NCBI RefSeq assembly: GCF_001194135.2
Contig: NC_068990.1
Span: 50,226,407-50,265,637, forward strand
Origin: Octopus bimaculoides
Taxonomy: Eukaryota
Direction: 5' to 3'
DNA length: 39,231 nt
Shown here: in pieces, positions 11,500 through 21,563 of the stretch
How the letters are laid out: every line of letters begins with the position of its first letter
Position numbering within the stretch: the first letter of the stretch is position 1
Position numbers and translations under genes: made by a program
The notes under the pieces: generated by a model
Told to the model about the DNA's origin: nothing
Databases searched by the model: none
Seen by the model: only the letters and a program-made list of their open reading frames with translations

Positions 11500-12900
11500 T
11501 TTCTATTACTAATTTCAACTGCATAGTTTTCCTTGATGTTTACATATGTGTTCAGTGCAGATCAGTCTAGGGGAATTTTCTTTGTCTTGTCAGTTGTTAC
11601 ATCTTAGTGATAATCTTATCCTTGCTGAGATAGGACAATGATCAGAATCTAGTGGCAAAAGTTATAAGCTTCACAGTTCATTGCACTATTTTCCCATTTA
11701 TTTATTAAAATATGATCAAGTTGTCTTCAGGCAATGTTTAGATATTTAAATGTTCACAACTCTACTAGTTTTTCTTTATACTTAACTTCCAAATCAGTTA
11801 GATTACATTAATTTTAAAAAATCTAACAATAATTTTCCATTTCTGTCTGTTTTGTTATGAAAGCTTGTCTTGTCCAATCTTTGCTTTGAAATCTCTTGCA
11901 ATGAGAGTTAGATTATGTTTTGGGACTTCACATATCAAACCTGAAAGTGCATTGCAAAAGTTTTCAGCAATCTCTAATTCTGTAGTATTTGTAGGACTGT
12001 AACAACAGATTATTGTTAGCTTTGGATTTCTATTGAAAGCTGTTATCATCACTGTTGGTGTTATAGACTCAATACAGAGTAAAAATTCTTGTGCTTTTGG
12101 ACTTAAATCATGCCTATTCATCCAATAGTTGAATTATTTTGAGCTTTCTCAGCTAAATTAGACAGAAGTTTCCAGCCTTTTTCTAAACCATGATATTTAA
12201 TTAGATCATCAGGATTGTAGTAATGATGTTCTACAACACATGTAACTTCAAGCTTGTAAAGTCCACAAAGTGCTGTAAATTCATTTATTCTCCTAGCGTT
12301 ATTTAGCATCCTAGTGTTGAAAGAAGTTATATTTATAAATTTGTTGCATTTCAGTAGGGATCCAGTAACCAATTTTTGGACCCTGACCTAGTTTTTCATT
12401 AGGAGACATACTCCTAGTTGATCTATGCAATGAGTGGTGCAGGATGGTGAATTATGCAGTTGCCCTGTCATGGTTGTTTTTAAGTTGCTAATTTGAACAG
12501 GGGGTGCAATACCTCATGTAAACCTGTAGTTCTCAGCTAATGAGAATTTGTGTGCCTGTCCATTGTGAAAGCAGTTGGTCTGCATAACCACAATATCTCT
12601 CCTGCCAATACAATAGTTTATCATTGTGTGCCAGGTTGAACTGCTGGATACCCACAGGAAATATACAGATTTATGAAGGTTGACTCCTTTCCAGCGTATC
12701 TCTGATGGGGGTGACTGAATGAGTACTATGCCTTGCCAGAGGGCAACCAATAACTATGCAGGGCATAATCATCACTCTGTGAGGTATTCTTAAGACACCA
12801 TTGATACAAGATTGATAAAAAAAATTGGCTATCTTAAGATAAGTGCAGAGAAACACTTTTTTTTCTCTGGAAGATAACAGCAGAGAAACTCAATATGTGG
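11500..12900 (-). mobile_element. Decayed 5' part (5'UTR and APE endonuclease) of a second, older RTE-clade LINE family
   Basis: Minus ORFs ..INITSFNTRML..EVTCVVEHH.. and ..KLTIICCYSPTN..VPKHNLTLIARDFKAKIG, a degenerate APE GDFNAKIG motif. Boundaries approximate. Confidence 0.75.
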
Positions 12901-13329
12901 GTTTACTGCTATATTCACCATGACTAGACAGGAGACTAGGTTCAGCTATCACAGATTTTAGAACTAGCAAGAGAAATTTCAGTGTGCCTTTGAACCAAAC
13001 CAAATCTCTATCAATTCCATAAATAAAAAGGCTAGGGAAGATACCTCAAATGGTTATTTGTAAAGAATGAAGAATTACTTGAATCTAAAATATCCTTACT
13101 TGAACTTCAGTACTAAATAATAACAACAACAAGTAACCTTCACTGAGAAAAGATTTTGTCGTTATCCCCATAGAGCATCAAAATCACACACAGTTTAGTG
13201 AATTCTTCTGAGAAGACTAGACAATATAGACCATGACTAATGTAATAACAATAAAACTGAGATCACCCAGCTGTTATTACATGAATATCCAGTAACTGAT
13301 TATAAACAAACAATAACGAGTGAAGAACA

Positions 13330-14640
13330 CAAACAATAGAAAGAATAGTTAACAGCAAAATCCAAACAAAACTTTACTATCTACATTAATAAACAATTAC
13401 ATGAGAGAACAATTACCACATGAGTCAACAGAAAAAATCTACCGAATAGTTAAGCAACAATTAGTGGAGATTGAAAATCCCAACTTTTTGACATTGAATG
13501 TTTTGCTACACTGTACTGCAATTAGCATTTGCCAACAGACAGAAGTAATGGGGATTGATAGTAATGAGAAGAAACAACCAAAATGGATTACTTCTCTCCA
13601 GACAGACTCAAGTACAATATTGAACAGCTAGGTATTATTGTAACAAGGTGAAATGTAAATTCATCAACCACCAGCTGCAACTTTATGATGGATTATCTAA
13701 AGTTTATGGGAACTGTTAACAAGAGGCACTAACAAGTAAGCTAATTGCCCTTAAACATGAATTGTGAACAGTATATGAATATTTTGATTATAGGAAAAAA
13801 AAAACTATTAGCTGTCAATTGCAAGTTTGTACTAAACTCACAAGTGGTGTATTGCAGTACAAAAGGATGATCCAGAATTATTTTGAGGAGGGATCCGGAA
13901 TGCAAATAAGCAACACATCCATGATTCAATGTAGTTACATGAGTTATGGAGTGAATGCAAACATATATTCCCAAATTTATGATATCAACAGGGAAACTTT
14001 TCTGACAATTGTTGTAAGACTGCCAAATGAGAAATCATCTGGGGGAAATTTGATAGTGGTACAGAAAACTCGCACTCTACAGGGCAGCTCGTTAACCAGT
14101 TCAAAAGAGAAGTGAACAATGAGAATGATGTGGGAGACTGGTTAGCAGTTGCATGTACAAAACTAGAAGCTATAAACTAAGAGATTTATGTAGCCAAAAA
14201 ATTACAGGTTAAGGTTAGGGTTGGTGCTTGAATGTTATGTAGAAATCAAACATAGATTGCTTGAATTCATTCCTCCAAATTCCAGTTGCTATAGTCAATG
14301 TCATTAAGAGGTGATAACATGGTCCACAAAGTTACCAATAAGAAATGAAGCCAATACTATAATCAATAAGGGAATATTTCAGGGTGACAGCTTATCTGTA
14401 AGGCTTTCTGTTCTAGCAATGAATCTCTTATCAGCCCTGTTAAGAAAATATAAGGGCTACATGACAGGACCTGCCAATGACAGCAAGATTAATGTCACTC
14501 ACACCTTTTTTGTTGATGACCTGTACTTGAGTAATATTCATAAAACTAAGAGGCAGTTAGACCTGGTCTCAACACTCCTATGGGACATAGGAATGAACAA
14601 GTGTTCATATTTGGTAGTCAAATGAGGGAATATTGTCAAT
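13330..14640 (+). mobile_element. Decayed R4/Dong-clade non-LTR retrotransposon RT fragment
   Basis: INKGIFQGDSLSVRLSVLAMNLLSALLRKYKGY..KINVTHTFFVDDLYL..DIGMNKCSYL matches the R4-type GIFQGDSLSPL..GY..HLLYMDDLKL pattern. Upstream TLNVLLHCTAI..QPKW is also R4-like. Confidence 0.7.
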
Positions 14641-14650
14641 CAGGCAAGGA

Positions 14651-15842
14651 ATCATCATCATCATTTAATGTCCGCTTTCCATGCTAGCATGGGTTGGACG
14701 ATTTGACTGGGGACTGGCGAAGCGGTTGGCTACACCAGACTCTAATCTGATCTGGCAGAGTTTCTACAGTTGGATGCCCTTCCTAACACCAACTACTCCG
14801 AGAGTGTAGTGGGTGCTTTTTACGTGCCACCAGCATGAGGGCCAGTACGGCGGTACTGGCAACAGCCACGCTCAAATGGTGTTTTTTATGTGCCACCTGC
14901 ACAGGAGTCAGCCAATGTTTTGTTCATATGCCACCGGCACAAGTGCTAGTAAGGCGAAGCTGGAAACGATTGTGCTCAAATGGTGCTTTTTATGTGCCAC
15001 CGGCACGGGAGCGAGACTACTGCTCTGGCAGTGATCTCGCTCAGATGGTGCTGTTAGCGCTCCACTGGTACGGGTGCCAGTCATCAAATTTTGTTCAGCT
15101 TCGATCTTACTTGCCCCAACAGGTCTTCGCAACCTGAGTTTAGTGTCCAATGAGGGAAGGTTCGATTGAGTGCCAGTCATCAAATTTTGTTCAATTTCGA
15201 TTTAGATTTCACTTGCCTCAACAGGTCTTCGCAAGCAGGGTTTTGTGTCCAAAGAAGGAGGGTACGCATAGGTGGGCTGGACACACCCCTGGTAAAGGCC
15301 ACAGGTTATGGTCTCACTTGGCTTGCCGGGTCTTTTCATGCACAGCATACTTCCACAGGTCTCAGTCACTAGTCATTGCCTCGGTGAGGCCTCATGTTCG
15401 AAAGTTGCGCTTCACCACCTCATCCCAGGTTCCTGGGTCTACCTCTTCCACAGGTACCCTCAACTGCTAGGCTGTGGCACCTTTTCACACAGCTATCCTC
15501 ATCCATTCTCGCCAAGTGACTATACCAGCACAATCGTCTCTCTTGCACACCACAACTGATGCTTCTTAGGTCCAACTTTTCTCTCAAGGTACTTACACTC
15601 TGTCGAGTATGCACACTGACATTACACATCCAGCGGAGCATACTAGCTTCATTCCTTGCGAGCTTACGCATGTCCTCAGCATTCACAGCCCATGTTTCAC
15701 TACCATGTAGCATGGCTCTTCGTACACATGCATCATACAGTCTGCCTTTTACTCTGAGCAAGAGACCCTTTGTCACCAGCAGAGGTAAGAACTCTCTGAA
15801 CTTTGCCCAGGTTATTCTTAGTCTAGCAGCTACACTTTCAGC
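14651..15842 (-). mobile_element. RTE-clade LINE copy A: 3' fragment (C-terminal ORF, 3'UTR, (GAT)n tail)
   Basis: ORF RVKGRLYDACVRRAMLHGSETW..GRGRPR; 3'UTR ..GGAAGGGCATCCA..CCCATGCTAGCATGGAAAGCGGAC..; (CAT)n at 14651-14664 on the plus strand. Confidence 0.92.
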
Positions 15843-15907
15843 ATATGGATATCAATGCACCAGAAACCTTTATTTTTCTCCCATCAGCACTTCATAAACA
15901 AACAATG

Positions 15908-18880
15908 GCCAAATTGACTACATTCTTGCCAGGAAAAGGGAAAGGTGGCTGCTTATAAATGCCAAAACCTTCCCAGGTGAAGAATGTACCCCACAACATA
16001 GACTAGTAGTTAGTGACTTCCTGATCAGGGCTAAGTGGTTGTCCAGAAGACGACCAGCTTGGAGGAGAAGGGTCTGGAACCTTAAAGATCCTGCAAATGG
16101 ACAGAGATTTAGAGATTTATTACTCGATGCCTTTGACGAAATAGAGGGGGAAGTAGTTTCACACAATGTAGAAGACAACTGGTTCTTTCTACAGGACAAC
16201 CTGCTGACGGCCACTGACCAGTTCTGTGGATGGTGCAAAGTCCCCTCTCGACCCAAAATAATGTGGTGGTGGAACAATGTTGTTGACAGGACTATTAGAC
16301 AAAAGAAACAGGCTTGGAAGGACTGGAAGAACGGTGGTAGCAGGGAATTGTATCAGACTGCCAGGAGGGAAGCTAGGCGAAAGGTTTATTTAGCCAGAGG
16401 GGAGGCAGATAAGAAAAAGTTTGCCACTGTTCTGCACCGTGAGGACCAAAGACTTGAGGTATTTCGTGTTGCAAGACAGTGTGCGAGAGAGAATCATGAT
16501 GTCATGGGAGAGAAACGTGTTTGCATAGATGATGGTACGCTTGCACTAAATGATGCTGCAAAGAAAGAGGTTTGGAGATGCAACTACGAGAGATTGCTCA
16601 ATTCAGAGAATGGATGGGAGAAAGAGAGTCTGCCGAACGTCGACCCAACAGAGGGACCAGCTATCTGAGTTGACAGTACCACGGTAGATAAAGCAATTAA
16701 GAGTATGAAGACAGGGAAGGCCCCTGGCCTATCAGGAATCACTGCAGAGATGCTCAAAATATCTGGCAGTGTCAGCTATAGCCTAGTCATCCATATTGTT
16801 AACCGGGTGATACACGAAGGAGTCATACCCAATGACTGGTGTAGCAGCATCATTGTCAACTGCTACAAAGGTAAAGGTTATACTTTAGATACAAATAATT
16901 ACAGAGGTATCAAGTTGTTAGATCAGGTAATGAAAGTCACAGAGAGGGTCATAGTCCAACTAATTAGGGAGAGAGTCAGTTTAGATGAGATGCAGTTTGG
17001 GTTTGTGCCTGGGAAAAGCACCACTGATGCTATATTTCTAGTAAGACAGCTTCAGGAGAAATACCCAGCCAAGGATAAACCTCTGTACCTGGCTTTCGTT
17101 GATATGGAGAAAGCCTTTGACAGGGTCCCCCGATCCCTCATCTAGTGGTCAGTGAGGAAACTAGGGATACAAGAATAGTTAGTGAGAGCTGTGTGAGCCA
17201 CGTACAGAGACGCTGTTAGTAAGGTGAGGGTTGGAAATGAGTACAGTGAAGAATTCCGGGTAGAGGTAGGGGTCCACCAAGGTTCAGTCCTCAGCCCCCT
17301 CCTATTTATCATAGTCCTCCAGGCAATAACAGAGGAATTCAAGACGGATGCCCCTGGGAGCTCCTCTATGCTGATGACCTTGCACTAATTGCTGAGTCAC
17401 TATCAGAACTAGAGGAGAAGTTTCAGGTGTGGAAGCAAGGACTAGAATCGAAGGGCCTTAGACTTAACCTAGCTAAAACCAAAGTCCTAANNNNNNNNNN
17501 NNNNNNNNNNNNNNNNNNNNNNNNNNNNNNNNNNNNNNNNNNNNNNNNNNNNNNNNNGATGTTAAACGATGATGATGATGATATATATATATACACCCAG
17601 TGCAAGCTATGAACACATAAGAGGTGCAGCAATATCAAAGGAAGGTTAACTAGGAAGTTAGTTTTCGTTTGTAGCAGATGTTCAGGAGCTATAAACACTG
17701 AATGTGCAGAAAACAACTTCTGCCACATTCCATGGAGAAAAACTAGAAGCGGTTGATAGCTTCCGCTATCTTGGTGACCAAATTAGTAGTGGGAGTGGGT
17801 GCGCTGAAAGAGTAGCTGCTAGAATAAGAATAGCCTGGGTAAAGTTCTGCTGGCGACAAAGGGTCTCTCTGTCAGAGTAAAAGGCAGACTGTATGACGCA
17901 TGTGTACGAACAGCCATGCTACATGGCAGTGAAACATGTGCCGTGACAGCTGAGAACATGCGTAAGCTCGCAAGAAATGAAGCCAGTGTGCATACTAGTC
18001 AGAGTGTAAATACCTTGAGAGAAAAGTTGGACCTAAGAAGCATCAATTGTGGTGTACAAGAGAGACAATTGCGCTGGTATGGTCATGTGGCAAGAATGGA
18101 TGAGGATAGCTGTGTGAAAAAGTGCCACTCCCTAGCAGTTGAGAGAACCTGTGGAAGAGGTAGGCCCAGGAAGACCTGGGATGAGGTGGTGAGGCAAGAC
18201 CTTCGAACATTGGGCCTCACTGAAGCGATGACTTCTGACCGAGACCTTTGGAAATACGCTGTGCGTGAGAAGACCCGGAAAGCCAAGTGAGACCTAAATC
18301 GAAGGCCTCCGCCAGGGGTGTAGCCAGCCCACTTATGCGTATCTTCCTCATTGGACACTAAACTCCGCTTGCGAAGACCTGCTGAGGCAAGTGAAATCGG
18401 AATCAAAATCGAACTAAATTTGACGACTGGCACCCATGCCAACATCGTCTCCTTCATTGGACACGAAACTCGGCTTGTGAAGACATGTTGAGGGCAAGCG
18501 GAAGCGAAATTGGGATGGCACCTGTGTCCAGCATCGCTTTCCTAGCGCTTGTGATGGTGGCATGTGTAAAGACATTTGAGCGAGATTGTTGTCAGTGCCG
18601 CTGGACTGGCTCCTGGGCAGGTGGCACGTAAAATACATCATTTTGAGAGTGGCCGTTGCCAGTACCGCCTGACTGGCCTTCGTGCCGGTGGCACGTAAAA
18701 GCACCCACTACACTCTCGGAGGAAGGCGTTAAGAAGGGCATCCAGCTGTAGAAACTCTGCCAAATCAAATTGGAGCCTGGTGTAACCATCTGGTTCGCCA
18801 GTCCTCAGTCAAATCGTCCAACCCATGCTAGCATGGAAAGCGGACATTAAACGACGACGACGATGATGATGATGATGATG
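15908..18880 (+). mobile_element. RTE-clade LINE copy B: 5'-truncated, from APE end through RT, PHD-type finger, 3'UTR and (GAC/GAT)n tail
   Basis: QIDYILAR..PQHRLVVSDF, NYRGIKLLDQVMK, QFGFVPGKSTTDAIF, AFVDMEKAFDRVP, GVHQGSVLSP, LYADDL, LHGSETCAV..GRGRPRKTW; tail at 18852-18880. Several stops and frameshifts plus a gap. Confidence 0.95.
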
Positions 18881-19059
18881 AAAAGGCATAGATAGCATCC
18901 TTGGCATTGCAAATGTTACTCATGTAAATTTACCAGTTAATTCAATAATCAATGTCATTTAGCTTTGTATGAACAATGACTGTACACCACACCGTCATCT
19001 GGTCGATGCAGCAAGTGTGAAGCGAATGAATAATGGTAATTTAAATGCGGAGACAAACT

Positions 19060-19520
19060 GATATGATATGCCAGTTCGCAAACATCCATGCAAACCTTCT
19101 TTTCAGATGCTGAATGCTCCCCCACCATCTCCCTGATCCCTCTTGTTACCTCTTCAGCATTCTTAGAGTTAGTAGAGACAAAAACAATGTAGACACTTTC
19201 AAAGGTAGGCCTGGTGATAAAGTTGAGTTTGTTAAAATGGAAGTGTTAGATGTATGTTGCATTCAAGAAGTAACGTGGAGGGGAGTGTCTGCTAGGTTCC
19301 TTACAGGCAAAGGACATAAGTACAAAACTTTCTGGGTAGGTAACAGTCATAGAGTAGGTGGAATGGTCATATTTTTAGCAGAGAAATGAGTAGATGATGT
19401 AATCGAGGTAGTCAGAATGTGTGATAGGATACTTATGCTTAAAATAGTTTTGCAAATTAGTACAGCGACTATTATTTCTACTTATGCTCCTCAACCACAG
19501 AGGAGATAATAAAAGACGAA
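19060..19520 (+). mobile_element. Diverged fragment of RTE APE endonuclease N-terminus
   Basis: NNVDTFKGR..LDVCCIQEVTWRG..FWVGNSHRVGGMVIFLAEK*VDDVIEVVRMCDRIL..IISTYAPQP. Confidence 0.85.
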
Positions 19521-20630
19521 GACAACTGATTTGCTTTGCTTGAGAAGACCTGCCCAACTGAGTAAAATAAAGACCATAAAGTGATGTCCTTTATGTCCAG
19601 CCCACCAACCCCTCCCCATCTCTAAACAGAATCTATTCCTTCCCCAACAACCCATCTTCCTTCAACCATGATTACCATCCACTGTATTCCCCTTCCATTC
19701 TCTTTCAGGTGCCAACCTACACACAATATGTCCCTGCTGAATCTCTTCATCATAACAATCCTCCTAATATCCTCTCCCTCTAGCCATGCCCACTCATTCC
19801 ATCCCCTTCTCCATCTACCACTTTCCTTTTGCAATCTCACGAACATACACACATCCATTTACTTTCTCCAATCTCCAGATCATTCACCCCTATCACATTT
19901 TCACAATCTTTTTTTTTTCTCTCACTCCCTACTTCCTTCTGACTTGAGGTAGCCATATTTTCCTTTCTTTTCAAAACTCCTTTTCTATCCCTCAATACTA
20001 CCCCCTTACCTCAGTTGAGAGGTCTTGTCTTGCAAGTTACTTCATGGCCTCACAGCTGCTGGTGCCATGTAAAAAGCATCCAGTATACAGATATATTCCT
20101 ATAGTATATATGCATAAGTATACATATGGCATGCAGGTGGGAACAGTGTTCAATGAAGGGTGGTGTGTGTAAAGTATCTGAAGATGGTTGTTTCACTCTT
20201 TTAGTGTGATTTAAGGGAGATTTTGTTGCTATTGAAAGGAAGACTATGTGTTTTATTAAAGTATACTGGAATTATTGTTGAATATATTTTTCATGTATAT
20301 TGAATACTGCAACTATTACATGTTATGTATGGGTTTTCTTAGGTTATTGCATAATCCCCAGGTACATTTATTTCATTGGAAAATCTTAAAAATTATGCAC
20401 TGAAAGTTTGGTATCTTCATAGTGGTTGCAATGGATATGTATTGCTTGTTCTTTATGTTACTAGACAAATATTTACTCACTATCTGAAAGTATTAATGAA
20501 TGTAGGTGAATGAAGTAATACAAATTTTGAAAGAAACTGTTAAAACTGATACTGACGAAGTTAATGAACTTCAAATAAAAGAAATATATGTATCTGGTTG
20601 AATATTTGTTTCTGAATCTATTGCTGTATA

Positions 20631-20855
20631 TTGTTTTCTTTTCTACTCTAGGCACAAGGCCTGAAATTTTGGGGGAGGGGGGGGGGCAGTCAATTAGATC
20701 AACCTCAGTACACAACTGGTATTTAATTTATCGACCCCGAAAGGATGAAAGGCAAAGTCAACCTCAGTGGAATTTGAACTCAGAATGTAAAGACAGATGA
20801 AATACCGCTAAGCATTTTGCCCAACATGCTAACGTTTCTGCCACCTCATCGCCTT
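20631..20855 (-). mobile_element. tRNA-derived SINE (Meta-domain-like core) with 16-bp TSD
   Basis: AATCTATTGCTGTATA at 20615-20630 and 20856-20871. Minus strand GGCGATGAGGTGGCAGAAACGTTAGC..GAGTTCAAATTCC..GCCTTTCATCCTTTCGGGGTCGATAAA. Confidence 0.9.
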
Positions 20856-20992
20856 AATCTATTGCTGTATAGTGTTATTATTATATTCCTGCTGAATCTT
20901 TTTATTTTTTGATAGGGATGGTTATGTGAAAAGAGTTACTGCATAATTATGATTTCATTATTATGTAATTTGTCTATTCTCAATTGAAGTCA

Positions 20993-21270
20993 TAATCACC
21001 ATCATCATTTAATGCCCATTTTCCATGCTGGCACAGGTTGGACAGTTTGACAGGAGCTGGTAAGACAGAAAACTATGCTAGGCTCCAGTGTCTGTTTTGG
21101 CATGGTTCCTATGGCTGGCTGCTCTTCCTAATGCCAGCCACTTTACAGAATGTAATGTGCTTTTAACATGGCATGGTTTTAATGTGATACAGTTGCATGG
21201 TTTTAATGTGACACAGTCACATGGTTCCTTCAGCTGGATTCCCCTTGTTACACCATTTTCATGTGGCACC
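20993..21270 (-). mobile_element. Short element carrying the RTE-type 3' end (SINE or heavily truncated LINE)
   Basis: (CAT)n followed by TTTAATGCCCATTTTCCATGCTGGCACAGGTTGGACAG..CTTCCTAATGCCAGCCAC, a diverged version of the RTE 3' terminus. Confidence 0.7.
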
Positions 21271-21563
21271 AACACTGGTGAGGTTTGCAAGTAACTTTCA
21301 AGAGCAAGACTCCTTGAGTGGGGAGAGGTTAAAGTATAATAGAGGAATAGAGACAAGTGTCTTGCTGTTGAGGAGATATAGTGTAACCCAGTTAGGAAAG
21401 AAAGGTCAGAAAGGGATGGAGAGAGAGAGAGAGATAGTTAGAGAGGAAGATAAGGAAACATTGTTGCTCCAATTGGGAAAGAAAAGTAAGAGAGAATGGA
21501 AGATAAAGAGAGGTTTATATACCCAACATGTTTAAGTATTTTATAGATCAACTTCTATTATAA

